This document shows positions 42,401-52,666 of a stretch of 64,000 bases of DNA, piece by piece. Position 1 is the first letter of the stretch. Each line of letters begins with the position of its first letter. Origin of the DNA: a virus; IMG/VR virus record IMGVR_UViG_3300021961_000023. The stretch is one strand, 5' to 3'. The notes below the pieces were generated by a model. It had not been told where the DNA came from. It saw nothing but the letters and a program-made list of their open reading frames with translations, and did no database searches. A program made the position numbers and the translations under genes.

Positions 42401-45400
42401 GCTAAACTATTAACTCGTAAAGCACCTTGGGACACTTGAATAACTGTCACATGACCCCTTGAAATAAGACGGTTTTGGTCTTATAGTAGTTTCATACTCA
42501 AGGCATATTCAAATGACTTACGATGAACTCTACGACCATGTTGTAAAGTATGTTGCTATGCCGCATACTACCATCACAGAGCATGATAAACGCCGTGCTT
42601 GTCTTATTCTAGGTGCTTTCATGGAGTTTATTCTTGACTGTCAGGACGAAGGTGTTGATTTGAATCCGATTGCTATTAATGATATTGTGAATGAGAAACT
42701 TGATGTATTGGAGGGCAAATGAGTTTTTCTAAGACTATTTCTGTTGTTGCCGCACTTGGCAGTATCTTCAGTGTCGGTCTTGCAAGTTGGAAAATTTCTG
42801 AGGACATTAAAAACTCACAAACTTCTCCTTTGGAGCAGAAAATCCAAGAACTTGAAAAAGAAATAGAAGAAGCAAAGAAACCAGTTGAACAGGTGGCACA
42901 ACCTCAGGTTCAACTCACACCACAACCGACTACACTACCTCCAGTAGCACCACCGCCACCAGCACCAACGGAAACACAACCATGAAAATGCGTATCATTC
43001 AAAAACCATCATTGACTGGTCATCCTGATGTTCATTGGTATCATTCTCAAGTAAAACGCTTTGGTTTTTGGGTAGATTGCCGCGATGACTTGTTTATGCT
43101 GTTGAGGTTTTCCAGTGAAATGATGGCACAATCCCATGATACCAATATGGGCAGAGTTCAAACTTTTGTAGAATATGCTATGCGTGGTGAAGATATGTTT
43201 CCTAAAAGCAAAACCAAAGTTATCAAGGAGTATTCAAAATGAGCGGCGGTCATTTCGGTAACTGCGGTTACGACTATTACAAGGTAGCACAGTTTGCTGA
43301 TGAGTTAGAAGAAGAGATTCTTCGCAATGGTAAGAAACGTGAAGATGGTGGATACTATGGTGAAGAGTATTATCCTGCTTTTGATGAAGAATGTATTGAA
43401 TACATGAAAGAGCAACTGCCGAAGATGCGTAAGATGGCAGAGATCATGAGACATATTGATTATCTGTACTCTGGTGATCATGGTGATGATAGTTTCATGG
43501 AACGTGTGAAAGAAGTGGAAGCAAAGTATGACTGATCTCTCTAAACTCTCCTACAAAGAACTTCACCAACTTGAAAAACAAATTGAAGAACGCAAAGAAA
43601 CATTGCGTAAGTCAAAGGATTGTGTTGAAGGATATAAGATCACCTTCTGTGTGAAGTTTAATCCTGCTAAACACCAATTTGATGAATTGAAAAGTTCAGA
43701 AGAGTTTGGTGAATACTTGGCAAATGATGTGACAGATTATATTGTTAAAGATGGTTTTCCTGATTTGATTGTGAGTGGTTTTGAGGTTGAAGAGATGGAT
43801 GAGTATTCTAAGGTAGAGTGGAAGGACTTCTGGGAGAGTGAAGTATGAAACTCCCATATGTGCTAAAATCATGGTATTATCACATCACAGGATACTGGGA
43901 GAAGAAACTACCACATCTTCCTGGTGCTAATTCTAAACAGTTTTGGAACATCATTAACGGTAATTGATTATGGTCGAAAAAGTAAAGTTTGTAACTGTCA
44001 CTCGTGTGATTGATGACCGCAAAGGTATTCATTACCTTGATGCTATTGATGTGAATGGGTATCACTGGACAGCAGAGATGGATAACAACCAAGAGAAATG
44101 GTTAGTGTACTCTAAACTGTGGACCAGAGACCCTCAACAACCTTATGATTTATGAAAAACTATCGCATCAAAAAAGTAACAGACGGACACTCAACCAGAT
44201 ACTACCCACAACACAAAAGATTTGGATTGTTTTGGTATAATCTATTTGTAGACGAATATAGGGATGGTGATTATTCTACATTTGAAGAAGCACAGTGGCA
44301 CCTTTGTAACTATTTGAGAGAACCTGTGGTAGAATATTTGTCCTTTGAATGTGGAGAGCCCCAGTGACCGACATCAAACTCTGTAAAGATTGTAAGTGGT
44401 ATAAGAAAGATTGGTTTGAACACCTCACTTATGGTGGAGACCGATTTGATACTTGCCATAATCCAGTAGTGAGTGGCAATCTGGTGACTGGAAAAGTCAA
44501 AGGTGGTCGTTTTTGTGATATGATGAGATTGTCTTATGGTAGATGTGGTAATGAAGGTAAGTATTGGGAGGCACGGAAATGACTGAATGGAAACCTGAAA
44601 AGAATATCTCATCTCCTTGGGATGTTGATGTGCGGGAGAATAACATAGGACAACCAATAAATCCTGAATTGACGGTAGATCCAGATTGGTATAGGTATAA
44701 AACTAAATTTCCTGACTATCAACTCATTCACAATCCAAAACTATCCAACTGGACTTGTTATTTGTTTGGTGGTTCTCCTGGTAATGGTATCCAATGGACA
44801 CCAAACAAAGGAAAAGTGCCTAATGCTTGGTATAGGTTCTGGATGAAAGTATTCTTTGATTGCAAGTGGGTGAAGAATGATGATTGATGAACTGAATAAA
44901 CCAACTCTTTATGAGAAACTGGAAGAATGGGTTGATTATGGAAACTTCGCACAATCCAGACATGTTCTTGTGAATGAGATTGTGAGTATTGTAAAAGATT
45001 GGTTGCCGAAAGAACAATCTGCTGCTGGTTCTCAAAATGTGTATGTTGAATGTACAGTAGAAGGTTTCAACGATTGTCTTAACAAAATCAAGAGGAAACT
45101 ACGATAATGCCGTTCTTTCCTGATTGCTATGATGAGTGGGGTCTTTACAAGATTACCTATGATGGAGACCACAAACTATACGAAATGCTGTTTGAGGGAA
45201 CTGAAGAAGAGTGTCGTCAATATGCTTATGATAACTATACCGACAAAGAGCAAACTGATATGTGTCTGATGGATTGGGAAGCAAGGGAGTGGAGTGTATG
45301 ATGACTAAAGAAGAACTTAAAAGTTTCACCACATCATTGGTAGATCATTACCAAGTGGCATACAAGTATGATAAAGGAGATTCAGAAGAGTATCGTACAC

Positions 45401-45987
45401 AAAAACATGATACAATGAGAATGGCACTTGCTGCTGCCAACTTCCTTGACGCACGAGGAGATTATACTATCATCTCTGTGACACCTATCTACAAAAACTA
45501 CGGACAGGATTGATGAGAAGTAAAACTTATTTACAGTATGTTGCGATTCCTGCACTTGCATTTTTCTTTTCTGCGATTGTATCCTATAATCTAACACCAG
45601 AGAGGACACCACAACACACTTCTACTGTTTCTGGATCTTCTGGTGATCTTATCTGCACAACGTCTTGTAAAGTGAAGGAATAATCATGTTTGAAACTAAA
45701 ACCTCCTGGTGGTTTGAAAAACAATCAAATAAACAATGGTTAAACCGTGCTCAATCAAAACTTGAAGAAGTTGTAGAACGACACGATGATGATATTGAAC
45801 AGATTGAAAGACGATTACGTTATTTGGAAGACCAACTACCATGACTTATACTGTATCTTATCTCAAACCAAAGAAGAAAGGATATGCACAACAGACTGCT
45901 ACGTTTCTAAAGATTGAAGATGCGATTCTATGGGAGAAACATGTATTAAAGGAAGGTGCTAAAGATCTACAAATCCTAGTATCTTAA
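36414..45987 (+). other. Dense array of roughly 40 small co-oriented hypothetical ORFs (e.g. 36414..36662, 37411..37653, 37884..38207, 38174..38398, 39076..39357, 39354..39644, 40146..40544, 40917..41705, 42110..42439, 42719..42985, 43239..43535, 43528..43848, 44580..44887)
   Basis: Back-to-back ORFs with ATGA overlaps and no recognisable catalytic motifs. Contains early elements at 40051, 42429 and 42881. Confidence 0.7.
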
Positions 45988-46433
45988 ACGTTATTGTAAC
46001 GTACCTGATCAGTTAATACTTTAATGTATTTTCTTATCTTATGCCATTCCTCTGTAGGCATGATTGTCATACCATTAGGTAGGTGAGTAATCTCTTCTAC
46101 TCTATCTACTACTTCTACCTTTGGTCTTTTAACTCCTGCTCTAATCCAATGTAAGTTAGATGCATGATTATTAAACTTATCACCATCTAAGTGTTCAACA
46201 ACTCTATTCTTTGAGTATCCTTCACAGTAGAGGAATGCAACTAATCTATGAACATAAAAGGATCTTGATCTCTTTCTCTCTTTATCATAAACACTTACCG
46301 CAAAGTATTCTACACCCTTTGATCTACGGATAAACTGTTTGAGTTTCCTATTTGTTTTATTGTTAAAGACCTCTCCTTTCTCTGTTACTGTAAGGTTCTC
46401 TAATGAAGGATCTAAACTCCTCAAAGACTTCAT
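45984..46433 (-). CDS. HNH endonuclease
   Basis: YVHRLVA...VVEHLDGDKFNNHASNLHW; ATG at 46433; the only convincing minus-strand gene. Confidence 0.8.
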   Translation of the reverse strand: MKSLRSLDPSLENLTVTEKGEVFNNKTNRKLKQFIRRSKGVEYFAVSVYDKERKRSRSFYVHRLVAFLYCEGYSKNRVVEHLDGDKFNNHASNLHWIRAGVKRPKVEVVDRVEEITHLPNGMTIMPTEEWHKIRKYIKVLTDQVRYNNV

Positions 46434-46715
46434 AATCTGCTGCAACTAGTTGGACTATGTTATATAGGGTATTCTGCTGCAACAATGGTTGGAGTATATT
46501 ATGATATAGCGCAACTAGGTTGAAGTAGGAATAAATGTTAAAATTAATATGGTTGAGAGTATAGTGCAACGGGTTGGAGTAGGTGAATCTCGACGAGAAA
46601 CCTGCATACTTATGTTGAATCTCGACGAGAAATGTGTGATCTTATGTTGAATAATGTGTGATCTTATGCTAAATCTCGACGAGAAATGTGTGATCTTATA
46701 GTCATCTTAGCCCGC

Positions 46716-46744
46716 ATTATATCAGATCTCGTCTAGAATGTCAA
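46716..46744 (-). promoter_or_regulatory. Leftward consensus sigma70 promoter
   Basis: The minus strand reads TTGACA-TTCTAGACGAGATCTGA (17 nt)-TATAAT. Confidence 0.85.
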
Positions 46745-46779
46745 TACGCCCGTGTCAGAAAATCTCGACGAGACGCACA

Positions 46780-46809
46780 TTGACATATAGGCATCATTCA
46801 TGGTATTAT
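46780..46809 (+). promoter_or_regulatory. Rightward sigma70 promoter
   Basis: TTGACA-N18-TATTAT with an extended -10 TG. Confidence 0.75.
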
Positions 46810-47054
46810 ATAATCTCGACGAGATCCACATGAATCCGCAGCACTATACTGCAATACATCTCGACTAGATTATGCAGCATATCGCAGCATTATACTGCAA
46901 TACTCGTTGCACTAGATCTCGACGAGACACAGTGACACACTGCACATGCTTCAACCACACGTTGCACTAGATCTCGACGACATATACAGCGTCATAATAT
47001 ACTGCAACGTATGGTTGGACTAGATGCATATATAATAGCGTCCAGATGTTACAC

Positions 47055-47083
47055 TTGACGCAGGACGCCATATCTGTTATCAT
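47055..47083 (+). promoter_or_regulatory. Sigma70 promoter for 47109..47279
   Basis: TTGACG-N17-TATCAT with a TG extension. Confidence 0.7.
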
Positions 47084-47108
47084 ACTTGTTGTATCGCACA
47101 GGTTTCCT

Positions 47109-47529
47109 ATGATCACGTATGCACAGAAGCAAAAGTATCGCATCACCCTGGAAGTCGAGGTGATGGATGACTTTGACCCCTATCAGATTGAGTGGAAAAA
47201 TGTACTTCTCCTGGAGGGAAATGAGTCCTGCCAGGCATATATTGAGGATCTTAGCAGAGTTGATGAACTTAAATGGTAACTTGTGCCAGTTGTTAAAGTG
47301 TCACAGAGGGGGTTGCAATGCCCCCTTTTTGATGCAATGATACACAAGTCGTCGAGATTGATGTAACTTGAAGAACTACCGAGTTCGTGTCGAAACTTAT
47401 GACGGTTGCGTGACGATTTGGCATGAAAAGTCTAAAGCAAAGACTGCTGACAAATTGATACTTAACCGTGTCTACAATCAACTCTGTGGTCTGAATATTA
47501 AAGAGATCGAAGTTACTCCTTCTGTCTGA
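47109..47529 (+). CDS. Two small early proteins (47109..47279; 47368..47529 with a TTG start, MKNYRVRVETYDG...)
   Basis: Each follows its own promoter; the second was translated by hand. Confidence 0.6.
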
Positions 47530-47557
47530 ACATTCTCTCGTTAACTAACACAAACTC

Positions 47558-47761
47558 ATGATGACTGATAATACTCTGGAACCCAAAGAACTTCTCGATC
47601 AGGTGTTAACTAAGATCGCACAAAAGTATGTCTTTGGTCTTGAAACTTTGGAGACTCAGAATAGTGATTCTGCAGACTTTTATGATGTCGCAGTGTGGCA
47701 GATTAGAGATGCTCTCAGGGATGCATTCGTGGCAGGAATGCATACAGGTATGACAATCTGA
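47558..47761 (+). CDS. DUF6900-like small protein
   Basis: IAQKY...ETLETQNSDSADFYDVAVWQIRDAL..AF.AG. Confidence 0.65.
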   Translation: MMTDNTLEPKELLDQVLTKIAQKYVFGLETLETQNSDSADFYDVAVWQIRDALRDAFVAGMHTGMTI

Positions 47762-47852
47762 GAACTGTCCACTAAATCCCCCAAAGCACCCGATGAGGTG
47801 CAATGATACATTTCGTCGGGCAAATCTCTACATTCCCCCCGATTTAAAGACA

Positions 47853-48898
47853 ATGCAACTCACTCAATCTTTCCCCCCCGTTGATGACATGATCACCAAA
47901 CTGCAGGAGATCGATTACAAGAAACACCTCAATAACTACATGGATTTTGTTGAGACTTTCGTGGTATACATTGCTGCGATTGCTACTGTTCTTTGGGAGA
48001 AGTTTCAAACCATGAAGATCACAACTCCTGATATCATTTCGGATTACTTCTATTTCAACTTTAACATGCGTGCTACATCTGGTGATGAAATCATCGGACT
48101 CAGTATTGGTAACCGTTACGTGGGATTGTATAGCGATTCCCTGAATTGGGGCATTCTTGATGAGAATGGGTGCCTCTGATTAATATTAATCTGTGCCAAT
48201 CTGAGAACTGGCACAAGGGGGGTTGTAATGCCCCCCGATCCGTGCAATACTAACAAAGTCAAGAAAGGACACGCAATGTTTGATGAACTTTGGTCTGAGA
48301 TTCAAGATGCGCCTGGTGAGATTTTTGATCTCGACATTCCAGAGATTGAAGATCAAGATAGTTTCAACATCAATGAGTATCTGAACGCTGATTATGATTA
48401 TTGATCTGATCGCATCTGTTGTCCTTCGTTATCACTTCCATCATGTTCACTTCTGAAGAACTTACCGCACTTCTTTCTTTGATTGAGTTTCATGATGATT
48501 GGGAAGAGGTGAGTGAAATCGTAGGTGCAGATGTTCCTGCATTGTATGAGAAACTTCACAACATGTTAGCATACGCTACTCAAGGGTGATGAATAACTTT
48601 ATCTTCGGAGTTGTTGCTGGCATTGTGTTAGCAACTGTTGGTTTCAATGGTATGGCACAGATGGGAAATCGTGCTGTGCAAGGTATTCAATCATTCGCCC
48701 AATCTTCTGCAAACTGACATGAACCGCACTGAACTTCAAGATCAACTCATTCAGCAAATGTTGGATGACATGGATCTCAAAACAATGACCCAACTTTGTT
48801 ATGATTATCTGGATGAGGGTTATGCTAAGTATTCTGATGAAGAATTGATCACTGAGTGTGAAGAATACTATCCCGAACTGCTAGAGGGTGACAGTTGA
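47853..48898 (+). CDS. Small early proteins (47853..48179, 48276..48404, about 48443..48590, about 48589..48717, 48719..48898)
   Basis: Hand-translated tandem ORFs, several of them highly acidic. Confidence 0.6.
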
Positions 48899-48953
48899 GG
48901 AACTGGCACAAGACCCCTTGATTTCTGCCTGAATCCGTGCCATCATACACAGT

Positions 48954-49850
48954 ATGCAAAACAAACACATCGAACACCCCGAAGATTCTATCCTTACGGG
49001 CGACCTTTCTGTTCTTGATTGGTTCATTCAACCTGGCAATCTTTCGGTAAAGATTGATGGTGCGCCTGCAATTGTGTGGGGTATTGATCCTGCCTGTGGT
49101 GAGTTCTTTGTAGGAACCAAAGCAGTCTTTAACAAGAAAAAGATTCGTATCGCTCACTCTCATGAAGAAATTGATGCGTTCTATCAAGGTGAGGTTGCGG
49201 TTATTCTGCATCGTTGCTTTGATTATCTTCCTCGCACCAATGGTATCTTTCAAGGTGACTTTATTGGTTTTGGCGGTTCTGATGAGTATTGCCCCAACAC
49301 GATTACTTACAAGTTTGGTGAGGTAGTTTCAGAGGAGATTATCGTTGCACCTCACACTTACTACATTGCAGAGAATGATCTGCGTGATGCTGTTGCGTAT
49401 CCGATGAAGTTTACCATCACGGATACTCCTTACGTGAAGTTTGTTCGTCCTGATGCTTACATCATGCACAATCAAGAATCGTTTGCTGATGTTAAAGAGG
49501 TGTGCGACTTTGCCCGTCAAATGTCTACCACTGCACACTTCGTAACTGATAAGGAAGCAGCAAAGATCAAGCAACAACTTAATGCCTGCATTCGTGCTGG
49601 TGAAGATCCTAACCCTAACGACTTTGAATGTGATCCTAACCTGATTCGTTTCTGGGCATTGGTTAAATCAATCAAAGATGATTGTTTGTTCCTGTGTCGC
49701 AATTGTGGTCCTGCTGCTTATCTTGGATACAACAGGATTGATGCAGAGGGTTATGTCCTCTCCAATGAGTTTGGCACGTTTAAGTTAGTCAATCGTGAGG
49801 TATTCTCTCACGCAAACTTTAACAATGGGCGGTTCCAGTGTGCCAGTTGA
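48954..49850 (+). CDS. DUF6267-like protein with ATP-dependent ligase (nucleotidyltransferase) motifs
   Basis: HIEHPED; SVKIDGAPA (KxDG); FQGDF; EGYVL; FKLVNR. Confidence 0.65.
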   Translation: MQNKHIEHPEDSILTGDLSVLDWFIQPGNLSVKIDGAPAIVWGIDPACGEFFVGTKAVFNKKKIRIAHSHEEIDAFYQGEVAVILHRCFDYLPRTNGIFQGDFIGFGGSDEYCPNTITYKFGEVVSEEIIVAPHTYYIAENDLRDAVAYPMKFTITDTPYVKFVRPDAYIMHNQESFADVKEVCDFARQMSTTAHFVTDKEAAKIKQQLNACIRAGEDPNPNDFECDPNLIRFWALVKSIKDDCLFLCRNCGPAAYLGYNRIDAEGYVLSNEFGTFKLVNREVFSHANFNNGRFQCAS

Positions 49851-49923
49851 GGTAGTGGCACAACCCCCCTTGTGATCCGCTGGGATCTGTGCAATACTTA
49901 AAGAGTCAAAGAAAGGCAACGCA

Positions 49924-50238
49924 ATGCGTAAGATCGAAAAGCAAATCATCGCTGCAATCAAAGAGAACAAAGATCTCAAGATTGCAAACTCTGAAGTGAT
50001 CTCTTGCTCTAACGTTTCTGATGTTTACCTGCACGGCAATTTGATTGCTCGCATTGGTGAAACTTGGATGGAACTGTTCGATGGTGGTTGGCGTTCGAAC
50101 ACCACCAAATCGCGTCTGAATGCTCTACTTTCTGCCTTCGGTATGGAAGGAGAGTATGTCTTCCAGAAGAACTTTCAGTGGTTCGTTAACTACAACGGTT
50201 CACCGATTCCGTTCTTCTCAGGTATGCGTCTGAACTGA
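49924..50238 (+). CDS. Conserved cyanophage early hypothetical protein
   Basis: VYLHGNLIA...GGW.SNTTKSRLNALL. Confidence 0.7.
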   Translation: MRKIEKQIIAAIKENKDLKIANSEVISCSNVSDVYLHGNLIARIGETWMELFDGGWRSNTTKSRLNALLSAFGMEGEYVFQKNFQWFVNYNGSPIPFFSGMRLN

Positions 50239-50265
50239 GTGGGGTTATCCCCCCACTCTTTTTTT
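50237..50265 (+). terminator. Rho-independent terminator
   Basis: GAGTGGGG-TTATCC-CCCCACTC followed by a T7 run. Confidence 0.85.
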
Positions 50266-50485
50266 GTCCTCATTCATTATACTCATGGCAACAACTTCTT
50301 TCGCTCACGGTGATTCCTACGGTGTGACCGATCATTATAATTTTGATGATCGTGACTTTGATGACTTTTACACTGCCGAAGATTATGATCAAAAAAGGGC
50401 AGAGAGGGACGGTTGGCGAACTGCCTACTGGGATGGTCGGTTCTGATCATTCTGTGCCTATAATACCTGAAGAACAAACAACCTC

Positions 50486-51031
50486 ATGGCACATCACAAC
50501 AACTTCAAAGGCGGAATTCAACCTGGCACTGTTGCGTTTGATGAGCAATCCCGTGCCATGGATGATAATGCAAAGTCTGCAATGATTCGTGTTGCTGACC
50601 TGCTGCAATCATCCTATCCTGAGTTAGTTGTACAATCGAAACTTGATCAGTCACAAATTCCTGGTGGCGTCGGTTCGTGTGCTCCTGACGGTGGAGTTTG
50701 GTTCTACAAAGGTCAACTGATTGCTGCCTTTGAGAGTAAGAAACAAGGTGCAAAAGGTAATGCAATCGAACGCTGGTTCAAGAACAATTTCATCGTTCGT
50801 GCTATCAATCCCTCTGCAACTTATGTCACGTTTGCATCAGGCGATGGCGTAGTTGCAGGCAATCCGATTCATCGAATCCTGCACATTGCACACCAAGGGT
50901 TATACGGTGTGATGAATGAAGTTCAGGTTGGCACTAACAATCTCCACTGTAAAGTTGAGGGGTTCAGTGTTGATGAGATGAGCAACATTATGATCGAAAC
51001 TCTCACAAACGTTCTGGAGTGTGCCAGTTGA
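50486..51031 (+). CDS. EcoRI/MunI-family type II restriction endonuclease-like protein
   Basis: PDGG...AFESKKQG...GNAIERWFKN...YVTF aligns by eye with EcoRI PDGG...AEAKHQG...GNAIERSHKN...YVLF. Confidence 0.8.
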   Translation: MAHHNNFKGGIQPGTVAFDEQSRAMDDNAKSAMIRVADLLQSSYPELVVQSKLDQSQIPGGVGSCAPDGGVWFYKGQLIAAFESKKQGAKGNAIERWFKNNFIVRAINPSATYVTFASGDGVVAGNPIHRILHIAHQGLYGVMNEVQVGTNNLHCKVEGFSVDEMSNIMIETLTNVLECAS

Positions 51032-51106
51032 CAAGGTGGCACAAACCCCCTTGTGGATCCCCTGAATCCGTGCAATACTAAAGCATACCAAACGAAACGA
51101 AACCAA

Positions 51107-52656
51107 ATGCGAATCGATGTCCGTTGCCCTGCTGCCCCTTGGGAGAATACTACAACCGACCTTGATAAAGCATACGATCTGGCATACGGTTTGAGTGAAG
51201 ATTACCAGTGCGACGTTGATCTCTATTACAACTCCACTGGCACTCTCTACACTACCGTTTCCAACTATTGATGACAACTGCACAAAAGATTGAACGGGCA
51301 TTCTTTCTACAACTGATTCGGGAGGTTGCTGAAGTCCAAGGCAAAAAACACCTCCCTAAAGTTTCTCCCAAAAAACACCAACTTCACTTCACCAAATGAC
51401 TGCAATCCTCATCGCTACGCTGACAATGAAACTCATTGGATTCAGTGAAGTTTCGCCTGGAATCTGTCAGGCAGACTATCTTGTGGATCGTGAAAGTGTC
51501 CGCTCTAAAATTGTATCTTGTGAATCTGTGCGCGATCCCCTGCCACTGTGACAGTCAGAAGGGTGTCCACTAAATCCCCCACGGCACCCCATCCTGTGCA
51601 ATACTTAAAGAGTCAAAGAAAGGCAATCGAATGAACTTCGAACACATCTACAGCATCACTGGCAAAGTTATGGTCAAAGATAACCAAACTGGCAAATCCT
51701 GGATGTCACTGGTGGAAGACAATGCGTTCCGCAGTGCAATCGAAGGACTCTATCAGTTCGTGATTGATAACAACGCCAACGCTGATATGGCATACGAATG
51801 GGTATGTGATCAGGCAGGCATTTCCTCCTTTGTCGTTGATACTCCCGCCTGGGATATGTTCTACAGTGTGTTCGATCAGGCACGCCCAGTTCCTTACTTT
51901 CAGTGTGCTCACGCCTGAGTTTCATTAACACTTTGTTCCCTACACTTTCTTCGATCATGGCACTCTACAGCATGGCAACCGATCTCAACACTAAGGAGAC
52001 GATTTGGGTTTCCACCAATGTAGTTAAGGGTCGCCCACAACTTAACTCACACCGTGATGATGATTTCGGTCGTTGTTACAAACGTGACGGCATTGATGGT
52101 TTCCCTGCGTGGGAGATTGCGGGTCTGCATAACAACTACTGACCCACTTCTGATTCACACTTAACCAACACAATCGTTTCCAAATGACTACCACTTTCCA
52201 ACGCAATGCTCTGGACATTTCCTACAACGGTTGGGAGAACTATGAGACCTGGAATGTAGCACTGTGGATCAACAATGATGAGAGTTTGTATCACCTTGCT
52301 CAAGAGTGTGGTGATTATGAAACTCTGGTAGATCGCCTCTACAATGATTATGGTGTGAAGCAAACAAAGGATGGCGTTAAGTTCAACGACCCCGCTGTAA
52401 ATGTCATCCAAATCAATAGCGATGTGTTCGACTTCTAAGTAACACTCAAGGGAATGAGATGCGCCCTACAAAGACACTCACCACCAAACAGTTTCTAACA
52501 CTTTCTACTCAAAATGACCAAAGATCTGTACCTCTCCCTTCTGCGTCAAGGTAACACTGGTGATGAGATTCTTTCGATTCTGGAAACTATCGTTGCTGGG
52601 GATGATAATGTCCCTGCTGCTGAAAATGGTCCTACGATGAACACTATCGACTTCTG
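51107..52656 (+). CDS. Small early proteins (51107..51271, 51396..51551, 51631..51918, 51957..52142, 52184..52438, 52514..52656)
   Basis: Tandem ORFs; 52184..52438 carries the widespread phage motif YNGW.NYETWNVALWI.NDE.LY. Confidence 0.65.
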
Positions 52657-52666
52657 AGTTAGATAC

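Larger units (their letters stand above)
46441..47025. repeat. Non-coding palindrome array (9 x TCTCGACGAGA-like, about 7 x TGCAAC-Nx-GTTG[G/C]A-like, 3 x AATGTGTGATCTTAT)
   Basis: TCTCGACGAGA or a variant at 46588, 46620, 46674, 46727, 46763, 46814, 46859, 46917 and 46972. Confidence 0.9.
47282..51605 (+). promoter_or_regulatory. Cluster of eight early palindrome/promoter elements (copies 10-17 at about 47282, 47750, 48192, 48888, 49839, 50406, 51020, 51547)
   Basis: For example TGTGCCAATCTGAGAACTGGCACA-N7-TTGTAA-N17-AATACT at 48192..48251. All have 29-30 nt between the palindrome and the -10. Confidence 0.85.

Noticed and set aside
46441-47025. CRISPR array interpretation of the repeats
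   Set aside because: The repeats are only 11-15 bp, spacing is irregular, the spacers are themselves repetitive, and there are no cas genes in the window.
19211-51605. TGGCAC in the early elements as sigma54 -24 boxes
   Set aside because: Spacing to TTGC is wrong, the motif is half of a dyad, sigma70-type -10 boxes follow at a fixed distance, and cyanobacteria lack sigma54.
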